Positions 37,194-48,765 of a stretch of 64,000 nucleotides of DNA are shown piece after piece. Source of the DNA: Elsinoe ampelina (Eukaryota); NCBI GenBank assembly GCA_010093995.1, contig ML992502.1, positions 199,868 to 263,867 on the forward strand, given 5' to 3'. Every line of letters begins with the position of its first letter. The first letter of the stretch is position 1. A program made the translations under genes and the position numbers. The notes below the pieces were generated by a model, which was given only the letters and a program-made list of their open reading frames with translations, had not been told where the DNA came from and did not search any database.

Positions 37194-40100
37194 TTACATG
37201 TATAGCGACGCAGTAGCGCAGATATCCCGCTTGATCATCTCCTGACACTTTTCCATCTTGCTAAACAGCGTCGGATCACCAATGATGCGAGCTGCGTTTC
37301 TCACTTCCCTACACGTCTCGTCCAACCTCGTGATCGTCCTCACAATCGTACCCTCCAACACATCCGTCAATTCAGTGATGCGCTTGAACGACATGCCTCT
37401 CGCCCATTCGTAGACGACCTCCACCAACCCGAAACGAGGGCGACTGACAAAATCGTTGGAGTCATCTGCTGAAAGGATGACCTGATGGAGGGTCTGGAAG
37501 TGGTTCACCTTGTCGGATATCTTGACAATCGTCGCCATACCACGCTCGAGTGCTGCGGTCATGTTGGGCTTGGTGTCGGTCTTCTCCTGGAACACGAATG
37601 ATGACAGCAGTGCCACAATCTCTTCCGGCTCGTAATCCGCAAGCACGTTCTCCAGAACCAGCTCAGTGAGCACGAGTTCGTCTGCCGAGTGGATCTCGCA
37701 AGCCACCTTCCCTTTCAGCTCGACCCTGGACTGATCGTCAATGAATCCGAGGTCCTTCAGAACAGAGATTCTCTGCTCGTAGTCAGGCAAAAGTTGTAGA
37801 TTCTGATCCGACATGAGCTGGCGGAGCTGATTGATGTTCTCCTTGATGATCCATTCGTCGTGGCACATGGCGAAGTGCTTGTCCAAATTTGGGCAGACAA
37901 CAGCTTCCTTGTCCTGCGCCAGTTGGGCAAACTTTCGCCGCTCGTCGACGATATTGCGGATACCGACCTCTTTCAGCTTGGAGTAGTCCATCTCCTCCCA
38001 GATTGAAGAAGTCCAGGAAGAACACGATGCCAGCAGCTCTGCCTTGATTCCTTTCATGGCCTCTTGCAACTTTCCTTGAATGGCTGTCACATCTGCATTC
38101 AGTAGAGTCTTTGTCATGCATTCGATGTCGTTGATGGGTACCATCATCTGGCGCAGCTTCATCTCGGACTCCTTCTGCGGTAGCGGTGCGAAGCGGCGTC
38201 GAAATCGGGGTAGACACGGAAGAAGATCATTGTCCTGTCGTCGACGAGGTTGCTTGAATCCAAACTCCAGTACTGACACTGTCGGGTTCGGGCCCTTGCT
38301 GATACCCTCCCGCAGAAGCATGCCAGCAAGACGGACTCCATCTCTCTTGTAAACCACAATCCGTTTAGGTAGGAAGTAGCGTCGACCGACTGGATTACCA
38401 AGTAGTGCGAGGTGTAAGTCGAATGTCAGTTTCTGATACTCCATACTCGCTTCGTGAGCAGCTTCGAGATCTTTGTCGCAGATGTCACACGGTTCACGCT
38501 TGATCTTCAGCAAGTCCGCTTCTGATATCTTCACCGCCTTCTCATGCTCGGGCAGTAGAGCTTGAGTAGCATTCTCGCTGAAGCTCCGCTTGATCATCTC
38601 TTCAATCTTGAGAGCCTCTACCCTGAGGAGGTTTAGTATCATGTTGTAGGTCAGGCGGAATTGCGATCGGAGTTTCGTCGGTTCGCCAAGCATCATCAAT
38701 CGGAGACGACCTGCGGGAGGTGCTTCGTCTGCTCCTGGAGCAACGATGATGACATTGCCGACAGTATCGAGGCCTCTTCGTCCAGCTCTACCAGCCATCT
38801 GGGTATACTCGCCCGGTAGAAGATCGCGGAAGGACCTGCCGTCGTGCTTGCGGAAACCGGAGAAGACTACAGTTCGAGTTGGTAAATTGAGACCCATGGC
38901 GAAAGTCTCTGTGGCAAAAAGTACTTTGACAAGTCCCTTGGCGAACAGAATTTCCACGCACTCCTTGACAATCGGCAATAGACCTCCGTGATGGACGGCG
39001 ATACCACGACTGAGATATTCTCGCAGGCGAGTGATTTGTGGTAGCTCTCTATCTTCCGTCTTGAGCCTTGCCAATGACTTCTCCAGAATCATGTGCGTCG
39101 CACTCTTCTCGCTGGCATTGCAGAAGTCTTGATTGGACAATGACTCTGCGTTCTCCTCGCATCGCTTCTTCGAGAAGACGAAGATGCAGCACGGGAGCAG
39201 GTCCTCTTTCCTGAGGTGTTGGACGAGTTGGACCCAGATAGTGCGGTCTTGTGCGGCAGTCGTTCTGCCACCTCCTCTGCCTGTTCGAGCAATGTTTCCC
39301 TGTCCGCGAGGTGCTGGTTGACCGCGACCACGTTGTCCTGGTGCACCTCCACGTTGTCCTGGCCCACCGCGCTGTGCTCCTCCCCTCTGATTGCCACCTC
39401 TCTGCCCTCGTTGTGGCCCACCACCTCTACCTTGTGGTCCTCCGCCTCTACCAGCCGCTGCTGCAGTCTCTTGCTTCTCTTCCATGGCCTTGATCTTGTC
39501 TCTGCCGGAAATGATGTCGTTGGCTTTCTTCCATCCACTCTCGATGAATTGTTTGTCTGAATTAACAATCTTGATTGTCTCCTTTCCAGCCCATAGATAA
39601 TGCTCAAGAGGGACCGGTCGCTTCGGTGTTGAGATCACATAGATGTTCTTCTTCTTAGTGCGGCCGACCCAAGATGCGAATTCGTATGTGTTTGGTACTG
39701 TGGCAGAAAGTAGGATTAGAGTGACATGCTCTGGCAACATGATGATGACCTCTTCCCAGACCACGCCTCTTTCAAGGTCATTGACGTAGTGGACCTCATC
39801 GAAAATGACGAATTCCACATCTCGGATCAGGTCCGCTCCGCGGTAGAGCATACTTCTCAAGATCTCAGTGGTCATGATTAGGCAACTAGCCTCCGGCCGT
39901 ATTTGCACGTCGCCAGTCAAGATGCCAACATCGTCAAACTCTGTCCGGAAGTCTCTGAATTTCTGATTGCTGAGAGCCTTGATCGGAGAAGTGTAGATAG
40001 CCTTCGTCATGTGTTTGGACGCCAGGGCGATGGCATATTCTGCGACCACGGTCTTGCCTGCCGAAGTGTGTGCTGCCACGAATACAGAGTCGCCGTTCTC

Positions 40101-41051
40101 CAAATGGTAGACAGCTTCTTTCTGAAAGGTGTCGAGCTCAAAAGGCCACTCTCGCGCCATCTCCGGTATGAGATCACGGAAGTTGGGAATCGCTCGATTG
40201 ACGTCTACCATGTGCGCCCACTGCTTGCCACCCTGCTGCTTTCGTGATAGCGCAAGAGGTTCGCGTGGTGCCAATGCTGGGAATTCCACTGGTAAAAGAG
40301 CATCGAGCTCTTCCTCCATTGGTGTTTCTGGCTCACTGGCCTCAGCCGATGCTTTTGATTCTCCATTAATGTCGCCATTCGAAATATCAGGTGTTTCAGG
40401 CTCCTCGGATAACATTTGCTCAACAGCCTCGGACTCATCTGATTTGGCATTTGCTTTTGGTGTGGCGAGACCGCGAGAGAATCCAGGCGGAATTTCCAGG
40501 AGACCACCGTCGCCACCAAGATTGATGACCCGGTCCAGTCTACCAGAGCCATCCAGTTGTGTGCCCTGGCCGCTTGCAAGGAGTGCGTCCTCAGCTTGAG
40601 CAGTGGCCTCGACAGCATCAAGACCACCAGGAGCGAAAGGGAAAAACCCAGCGGCGCCCCTGGCAAACTCTGCTCGACCGGCAGGCTTGCGAAGTATTGA
40701 GGTTGAATTCTTGGCAGTCTGGCTGTTCGCTGGTACTGTAACTTCCTTGTAGCCTGTTACACGACCCTCCAGACCCTCCCGAGTGAATCGAATGATGGTG
40801 CGTGTCTGGGTCGGTGCGATTCTGAAGAGCTCCTGTGGTTTGTTTTCGTAGTCCCACCTCTGCTGCAATCGGTCAAGCCAGTGATCACTGAACGTCGTCG
40901 ACGTCTGTAGGAAGTCCGATTCCAGTTGCTTCGAAAGATCCTGCTTAGACGGCTGCGATCGCTTGCGTTTGTGGCGACGCTGGAGTAAATCATCGATTTT
41001 CACATTGTCGTCCAACCTCAGACCGCGGGCCGCCACTGACAGATCCTCCAT
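37194..41051 (-). CDS. SKI2: Ski2 DExH RNA helicase
   Basis: AHTSAGKT, DEVH, SAT, QMAGRAGRRG, Ski2 N-domain (FFPFAPGG), RG-rich insert, DSHCT C-terminus ending SLYM. Confidence 0.96.
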   Translation of the reverse strand: MEDLSVAARGLRLDDNVKIDDLLQRRHKRKRSQPSKQDLSKQLESDFLQTSTTFSDHWLDRLQQRWDYENKPQELFRIAPTQTRTIIRFTREGLEGRVTGYKEVTVPANSQTAKNSTSILRKPAGRAEFARGAAGFFPFAPGGLDAVEATAQAEDALLASGQGTQLDGSGRLDRVINLGGDGGLLEIPPGFSRGLATPKANAKSDESEAVEQMLSEEPETPDISNGDINGESKASAEASEPETPMEEELDALLPVEFPALAPREPLALSRKQQGGKQWAHMVDVNRAIPNFRDLIPEMAREWPFELDTFQKEAVYHLENGDSVFVAAHTSAGKTVVAEYAIALASKHMTKAIYTSPIKALSNQKFRDFRTEFDDVGILTGDVQIRPEASCLIMTTEILRSMLYRGADLIRDVEFVIFDEVHYVNDLERGVVWEEVIIMLPEHVTLILLSATVPNTYEFASWVGRTKKKNIYVISTPKRPVPLEHYLWAGKETIKIVNSDKQFIESGWKKANDIISGRDKIKAMEEKQETAAAAGRGGGPQGRGGGPQRGQRGGNQRGGAQRGGPGQRGGAPGQRGRGQPAPRGQGNIARTGRGGGRTTAAQDRTIWVQLVQHLRKEDLLPCCIFVFSKKRCEENAESLSNQDFCNASEKSATHMILEKSLARLKTEDRELPQITRLREYLSRGIAVHHGGLLPIVKECVEILFAKGLVKVLFATETFAMGLNLPTRTVVFSGFRKHDGRSFRDLLPGEYTQMAGRAGRRGLDTVGNVIIVAPGADEAPPAGRLRLMMLGEPTKLRSQFRLTYNMILNLLRVEALKIEEMIKRSFSENATQALLPEHEKAVKISEADLLKIKREPCDICDKDLEAAHEASMEYQKLTFDLHLALLGNPVGRRYFLPKRIVVYKRDGVRLAGMLLREGISKGPNPTVSVLEFGFKQPRRRQDNDLLPCLPRFRRRFAPLPQKESEMKLRQMMVPINDIECMTKTLLNADVTAIQGKLQEAMKGIKAELLASCSSWTSSIWEEMDYSKLKEVGIRNIVDERRKFAQLAQDKEAVVCPNLDKHFAMCHDEWIIKENINQLRQLMSDQNLQLLPDYEQRISVLKDLGFIDDQSRVELKGKVACEIHSADELVLTELVLENVLADYEPEEIVALLSSFVFQEKTDTKPNMTAALERGMATIVKISDKVNHFQTLHQVILSADDSNDFVSRPRFGLVEVVYEWARGMSFKRITELTDVLEGTIVRTITRLDETCREVRNAARIIGDPTLFSKMEKCQEMIKRDICATASLYM

Positions 41052-41685
41052 TGTGAAGCTGTTGATGAGATCAACGGGTCAGTATCGGAGAATGATAACC
41101 GTCCTTGACCATGTCTCTAGACTAGCATGCTGGGAAGTTGACTTTTGGTTGGAAGTGCAACCCTGTGAATCTACTGTGTTTCGGAGATCTGGAGATCTGC
41201 AGAGCTGTCTGCAGAGCCGCATTCTCGGACGTGACGTCAGGGCCCAGAGAGGCACTTTCAACACCGGGCACCACCTCAATCTTAATGCTATGAGTACTGA
41301 CCGTACTTTATTGGCGCTGATACCGATACTTCAAAGTCGAGTGGGTCAGCCTCATGCTCTACGAATTTTGATCACGCTTAGAGAATTTCTGTCTGATGGG
41401 CATCGTTGCAATGCCGCCATTCTACGAAGCCCGCCGGATGTAATCGAATTAAATGATACATCTGCAGGAGCCTTTGGGAGCTTAATTCACAAACCCGGAT
41501 ACAATCTCTGTAATGTATGCTTCTGGCTAGGCAATGTTATAGCTGGTCGTGCCTCCTACTACACTATCAGGTTCAGGATCGATACTAGCTATATGAAGGG
41601 GGGACGCCATCATCAGGTTCTGGTAAGTTGAAAACCCACAAATGACCGCAACGCCTCGCTGTAATACAAATTTGACCTGCCTCCA

Positions 41686-42548
41686 TCACCAATCCATGCC
41701 AGCCATTGCCTCTTCCTCGTCCGCGAAATCATCCCTTTGCCTGCCGGGAGCCGGTGTCTTCTCTGATCCCTGTTGCTCAGCCATCAAGGCATCGAGTTCA
41801 TCTTCGTCCGGCTCAGCCTGCGCCGATAACTCGCCATACAGTCCCGATGCCGAGGTATTCTGCTCGGAAGGGTTTTGCTCAACTGGCTTCCTTACCCCAG
41901 CACTACCAGTATCTTCGCCATTGTTCTCCTTCCATTGATCTGGCTCCGGCGCCTCATTGTCTGGCGGTGGTGTGTCTTTCGAATCCTGGTGTCTGGGTTT
42001 GCCCTCGTCAATCCACTCCTTTCGCATCATTTGTATGCGCTTCTTGTGTCCCAACTTCTCAATCATGGCGAGTCCGTCCGCGAATTTTGCTCTTGGGTAC
42101 AGCTCGTCCAGCCACAGTTGGTACATGTTCAGAAGTCGTGACATATCGGAGAACTACCAGCAATTAGTGGTCGCCTTGCGCTTGCGTGAATTGTCACACC
42201 TCGTGACCTTTGCCTTTGAATTTGGTCTTTTTGGCTATCTTCCTGAGTCGTGGTATCCCCTTGGATGAGAGTATCCTGGTTCATTCAATTCGTCCGCCAG
42301 GCTTGTCCGATGCCAGGATCTGCTCACCTTTCCTCATCAAGCTTTGCAATAGGCTGTCGTTTCTTGGTGATCACAATCTCTTCATCAAGATTTGAGGTCT
42401 CTGGCCTATTCTCTGTTCTGATGGACTCATTTGCAGCGGTGGTAGTTGCCGACCTGCGGACCTCGTCTAATCCAACATCCGTGTCGAACAGCGCATCGAG
42501 ATCATCCGGAGTCGCAGCACGAGCGTCTTGCGATATAGCTGAGGGCAT
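41686..42548 (-). CDS. CSM3: Replication-fork protection protein Csm3/Swi3/Tipin
   Basis: KKRQPIAKLDEER/ILSSKGIPRLR...FKGKGHE/FSDMSRLLNMYQLWLDELYPRAKFADGLAMIEKLGH; introns 42276-42327 and 42154-42199. Confidence 0.9.
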
Positions 42549-42639
42549 GCTGCGCTGATTCCGGTCAGACGTGGTAGCAGTGAGTAGTAGATGTGTGTAA
42601 GAACGAGCGAGCGCTGATCGGACAGAGGTGCGCGGGGAG

Positions 42640-42666
42640 ACGCGTTTCGCCAAAAATCGCACGCGT
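42640..42666. promoter_or_regulatory. Two MCB (ACGCGT) elements in the CSM3/THOC1 divergent promoter
   Basis: ACGCGT at 42640-42645 and 42661-42666, about 90-120 bp upstream of the CSM3 ATG. Confidence 0.6.
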
Positions 42667-42875
42667 TTGTTGGTTAAAGTGATCTCACTCAGCCCTATCA
42701 GTCTTGGCGTACATTTTCCACCTTCTCCTTCATGCTTCACGTGCTCTCTAATAGCTCTACAAAATTGGCCGACCAGCAACATAAGCGAAATTCATGAGAT
42801 CGACGAACTTCTGGGGCTCGCTCGTGTAATATCTAATGAGAACGAACACAAACGCAGCAAACCGAGGGCCTAACC

Positions 42876-44899
42876 ATGGCTTTCGATGAGGAGCTCCATC
42901 CATCAGCAGTTGCAGTGGCTGAAGATGGATTGCGACAACTACTGCAGATATCATCACTGAAAGGTGCGACTGGCTCAATAAACCGTCCTCTGGTAGCCGA
43001 ACAAGTCAACGACAAGCTTCCTGAGGTAGTGGATGAAGTAGAAGCGAGTGCTATTCCCAGTCAATCACCCGTGATCCTGGAGACTGCTGCACGAAAAGTG
43101 TTCTATGACATAGTGGTGAGTATGCGCTCCAGAAGCGATGGAAACGACCAGCTCATTCAGACAGAAACGAATCACAGTGGACCAAGCAGAAGCGCAGCAG
43201 CTATGGACTTTCCTTGACCTTCTGCTACTTGTTTGCGAATACAGTACGAATATTCATTTTCTCGTTGAGCACTCACTGATCCTCGCGCAGGACAATCTGG
43301 GCGATCAATCATATGGTACCTCATTGAGGAGCTCGTGGAAAGTCAGACTGCGGACAAGTGCAGACTGATCTTTGATTATTTAGACGTGCGGAGGGAACGA
43401 CTCACGCAGGTATGTTATATCAACTTGACGCTACCATTTAATGCTGAACTGTGGACAGCGAGAATTCCAAGTCACGCATCTGATCATACTGCGCACTTGC
43501 AACGAGTTACTGCGACGTCTGTCTCGAGCAGAAGATGCTACATTCTGCGGAAGAGTATTTTTCTTTCTCTTCCAAATTTTTCCATTGGGCGAGCAGAGCT
43601 CAGTGAATCTCCGGGGAGAGTTCCACATCGACAATGTCACTCTCTTCGAAGAAGACCCCAATTCTGAATCGGTCTCGGCGTCCGAGGATGCAATGGACAC
43701 GGATCCCAAGCCAGACGCTGATGCAGAACCCAAAGATCGACGAAAGCGAAAGAAGTCCACGTCAAAGAAGCTCAAACGTCAAGCCGAGGATATCAACAAG
43801 TTCTACCAGGTGTTCTGGCGATTGCAACGTGATTTCTCGACACCGCTGCGATTGACCGAGAGCGAGGAAGCATTCAGCAATTTCAAAGCTGGTCTCGAAA
43901 GCACCATTACAAAGTTCAGCAACACAACAGTTGTCAAAACGAAATCGATCACGGATGAGTCTCGGGGCACCAAGCGAAAGCGAGGTCAGGATGAGCCCAA
44001 CGATTATCAGGGTAATTACAATCCCAAGTACTTGACCAGCAAGGACCTGTTCGAGCTCGAGCTTAGCGACCTTTCATTCCAGCGACACATCCTTGTACAA
44101 GCGCTAATCCTTCTGGACTTCCTGCTTTCTCTTTCCGAACAGGCACAGAAGAAGATTGATGTATCCGGGATATCGAGGACGAACTCGTCCGTGAACTATG
44201 CATACCGCCTATCCGAAGAAAAGGTGAGGTTGGAAGAACCTTCCTGATTCGAGATTGTTGCACAGGCCACAGCTAACAATTTCGCAGAAAGCATGGGTAC
44301 AATCTGCTAGGGCCAAGATTGCGGGATATTTGCAGCAGGGTCCTGACGGAAATTTTTACTATCGCATGGTCAGCACCGTCCTCGCGCGTGACAAGAACTG
44401 GATCTGGTGGAAGATTCAAAAGTGTCCGCCAATAGTGGCAGATGCAGTGCCAGCAGATGATTTCATCGAAGCAAAGAAGGCTGCAGCGAATGCGACGGCT
44501 AATCGGCGAATGCGTGCAAGGCCAATGGGAGCGATGGATTTGACGTTTCTATCAGAAGCGGACGGCGCCAAGGGTTTGGACAAACTCAAAGACCCGGCAA
44601 GGTTCTCAACCCCGTCCGTACCAGAGCTACTGGCGGAAGCGACGAGGTCGGAACTGGATCTTGACTTTGCTGAGGGTGAGGAGAAGCAAGCGATCCAGGC
44701 TAAGATCGACAGTGTTTCCTGGCGAGCAATCAGGGCTACGTCGCGGACTATGCTCTCACAGCTGGACAAGTTGGACCCAACCAAGAAGATTGCGGAACAA
44801 CTTGCCGGCGTGCCTGAAGAGAACAGTAACCCAACCACACAAGAAGTGGACAACTCGACATTAGTGGAGCACAAAACGCCAGAGGTTCAAGTTGCATAG
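42876..44899 (+). CDS. THO complex subunit 1 (THOC1/Hpr1), multi-exon
   Basis: LRTCNELLRRLSRAEDATFCGRVFFFLFQIFPL, YNPKYLTSKDLFELELSDLSFQRHILVQALI, VLARDKNWIWWK..CP; several GT-AG introns (first donor at 43116). Confidence 0.88.
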
Positions 44900-47800
44900 G
44901 CTAGCACCTATATCGTTCACGATCTGGACTAAATGGCCATTACACGAACGTGGTCACCTAGAAGTAGCGCCTGCATACACTACTGCAGATGGTGTGCACT
45001 ATCATTCAGGATACAGAGATACCCCGGCATGACTTGCCTAATTGATTGCGGAGATCCCTCGTACTTTCCTGCGGCCCGTGGCGGGACGACTGTAGCAAGA
45101 CCTGCCTCTGTATTTTACTCGCGCGCACGGATGACCACCATGGATGATATCGAGCTGTGACTCGAATCCGCGAGAAGAGCACGAGCATACTCTCGGTCTT
45201 CTGGCCGCGATCACATGCCATATGCATGTTTGTGGATACACTGCCAAACCTTCAAACTTGTCACAGATCCTTCGCTGCAAGTATGATATGCGACGGTAAA
45301 TCCTCCGAGGCAGGTCGACCATGTACCGAGACATTTCTGAGGACATGGCTCCGTGGACTTCTCCCGTACCCTATTAACTACGGCTGAACGAGTACCTCCG
45401 AGATTACCTCAGATCTCTCGTCCGTGCAAATTATACAATTACAGAGCCTCGGAAGGGACCTGATTAACTTGATCATCCATGCAAATGATCAGACAACCGC
45501 TCCTTGAGTGCGCCACGGTTTCATGATTGCAGTCCATGACTAGACAAACTCCACAATCAATACCGCCCACTCGGGTTCCGCTTGTTACACGATCTTCTCC
45601 TCCATCATCATGTTCACCATCAGCACCAGCTAACATTCACAGTCCTCTCCATCCGCTAGCTTGCTTGGACCGTGAGCGGCTATGGAGTGACCACATTCTG
45701 GCTTTTGGTGCAACCATTCTGCCGCTTTTTCACTAGGGTAAATGATGCGCCTGCAGATGATTATTACACAATCAAGGCCGCACGAGCCCTACAACACGGG
45801 GCCTGGATCAACGCGATCTACAATCTGCCCCAATCATCAAATGCCGAGTACAGTACTGCAGGCTGTAGGACAAAGGTTGCAGTGCGACCAGCCAACTCTG
45901 TCGGATCTGGCTACTATTGTAGCCCAACACCCATTTCTGCCACCGTCTAGCTCCCGACTAATTCGGCGTCAAATATGTTAAGGTTTTTGATCTTGTTTCT
46001 TCATCTTCACAAGCGGCCATCAAGACATCGATCATGTCATCAAGAGACCCGCATGACAAGCTTGCAGCCCGAGCCCTAACTCGCACCTTTTTACCTGTTG
46101 TAAACGTTACTATAAATGGATGTTTGCATGCGGAGAACTCTAGGAGTTGGATCTCCGGCTTGGTGAACAGACCGCAAGAACGGTCATTGAATCAACGTTG
46201 CGTATGGCAGAAAGCCATGTGAGTGTCAAAAAAGTGACAGCTCATGGCTTCCGTCTGGCCGGAGGGGCCATCGATATCTACACCACGCTAACAAGCCAAA
46301 CAGTAACGATCCTCCCGCAGGTGAGTGATACGAAGAACCAGGAAATCGTAGATGTTGCATCAGCCTCCTGCCGCGGCAGGCCACTTGCCGCAAGCCACCA
46401 TCGACTCGGCGCGGCCCGTGAGGGAGGTCGAGAAGTGAGAAGACAATGTACGGAGTAACTCCCAGAGGATGGTCGAATAATGAGAGGGAGCGGTGGGCAT
46501 CTCGCACGAGTTCACGCGGTGAGATCAAGGATCGCTTCAAGCTGCTTGTCCATGGCTCGTGATCGGGTGGACACGGCGTCCCGTAACTCTATGAGCCACC
46601 GTTCAGGACGCCAAAGCGCGCCAGAAGCCAGCCTCCTTCCGTTGATGCAGGTACTACCAGGTCCTAGCACAGCGCCAATCTCAACGCAATCGCACGACAA
46701 TTCGTGTCTTCTTTCCCCGCTCGTGGTAAGAGATTGAATCTGTATCAAGGATCGCCCGGTCGAAAAGGCCCACGATTGTCAGGCTGTTCCTTTCGGCATT
46801 TGCAGTCCTGCTCATCTTGGGATTTGCCATCTCCGGTCACGGTTAGGAGAGGCATTATTTCCTGCCGGGTGTAACACTAAAGCGCGCATCTTTGGGCATG
46901 AACGCGACTGACGCTGGGCCCTGAACGACCACGATCAGCGGTCAAGAACGTCTTGGTTCTTGACATGTACGAGTGCTTGGGGGCGTCCTGCAATGCATGA
47001 ATCAGTGCTAGACCCTGTGCCGACAACGACTCTTGCGCATCACAAGCAGACAAGACTCTGCAAACTCTGCGGGAGGCTTGGGAGGATGGGGCAAGCCCCG
47101 TGTCATGGGCGGGAAGGCGCTCGCGCCTGCAATCACCGAGCAGCAGTTCGTCGAGTTCCTCCAGCGGTCCAAGCTGTTCGTCCCCGCAAGCCATGCTTGT
47201 CTGGACTAGCGGGCTGGCTGGATAATCAGGTGACCAACAACCCTCTGACGCCCCAGCCAGCCATTTGCTGTCGTCCTCGCGCCCAGACATCTGGTCATTC
47301 GTCTATGTTTGCAGGCGTGCTTTGCTCGGAACTGTATCTTGCAGAATCAGCTGAACTTAAACGGCCTCGCTTCGTTGCCGGCGGCCGCACATGCTCTGGC
47401 GATCGTCGTTTGGTAGCCCAGCAAAAGTATCTGCTCGAGCATGACGATATGTCCAGCTGGTCATGGCAGACGTCTTTTTGCCTGACCAGGCTCGACGCTT
47501 GTGCGCTCCGCGTGTAGTCTACACCTCTAGCCAGTCACCGAACAGGACAAAGGCGGAGTAATTTCTACTGAAATTCGGGATCATTCATGACGGCGGATCG
47601 TGCCGCAGCAAAGCAGACAAATGACCGAGGCTTGTGGCCTTCTACGCCTCTTGTCATTCGACGAATCCTCATCTACATCCCGGTCACATTTCTTGGCTGC
47701 GGCAGTCGCGTCCGGTCCTGAAATCATGTCCCTCGACAGCTGCATCCTCAACCCAGCTCGCGATTCCGACTCCGCCAGGGTCGCAGGGCTGGCTAAGCTC

Positions 47801-48765
47801 AGTGAGATGCCGCTTCGTGGCCTCTAGCCACTCCGGCCAATCTCGTCGGATCGATGCCGCCGCACGGCAGCGTTCACTGGCCTGCCTGTGCACGACTCGC
47901 CTGTTGCTCCAGTGCTCTACTCACGTCCACCGCATGCCACTAGGACCATCGAACCTGCTGCTTACCACTGTTCAGCTCTGATGCTACAGCGGTAGTGTCA
48001 TCCACCGCCCTCTGATACCCCACATATCCGACGGCCTAGCTTTCTGCTCCTCCAGAGGGGCAATTTATCTCTCTTCTACGCGAGTCAAGCCCTTGTGCTT
48101 GCGCAAACGCTAGTATTCTTATTCCATGAACCGTCGTCTAGACTGGGATGCCATCTTTGTCTGCCCCATCTGAATCTGCGCTAACTGCCTGTTTACCACT
48201 TCGAGCTGGCTTTTCCCCAGGTCGGATCCTTGTCGATCTCAACATCTCTTCATTAGCTCTTGCTGCCCCTTCTGAAACATTCATTCTCTTTAGTAAACCA
48301 GAACCTCCCTTCATACAACTCCCCCAGCCCTTTTGGTTGGCCCGTTCGACCCATTCAGAGACAGACCTTTATCCCGCTCCACCCACCTCTATTTCCTGGT
48401 TACTTCCACCGCGGTTGTTCGAGGTATGTGGTTCTCCGGTACTACCAGATCTTGAGCTGCCATTCAATATTCTCCCCTGCTGAACCGCCCTTTACTTACC
48501 AGACTTCTAGTTCTGTTTGCAAACAATAATCCAGGGTCTGCAAAGTCCTGACCAGCCACCTCTTCAAGGTCGCATTCAGACTTGAATTTGTCTATCTGGA
48601 CTCGGCTTTCAGCTCGTCTTTCCCTGGAGAGCTCCTGGTGCTGTAGCTGGTGTATGTTCGACGAGCATTTGACAGCTTCATCTGCCGGCATGGTTCACAT
48701 CGAATGCTAAACTTGCGGAACCTCTCTCCTGGTAGGAACTCCGATCGGCCTCCGCGCGCCTTCAC

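Noticed and set aside
39260..39450. Imperfect short repeats (ccacgttgtcctgg etc.)
   Set aside because: They encode the normal RG/GGQ-rich insert of Ski2, not a DNA repeat array or CRISPR.
40963..41631. 222-aa plus-strand ORF between SKI2 and CSM3
   Set aside because: It overlaps the SKI2 start and promoter, with no motif or coding-like composition.
45672..46458. Short plus-strand ORFs with isolated splice-like signals
   Set aside because: I could not assemble a consistent gene model or recognise any motif.
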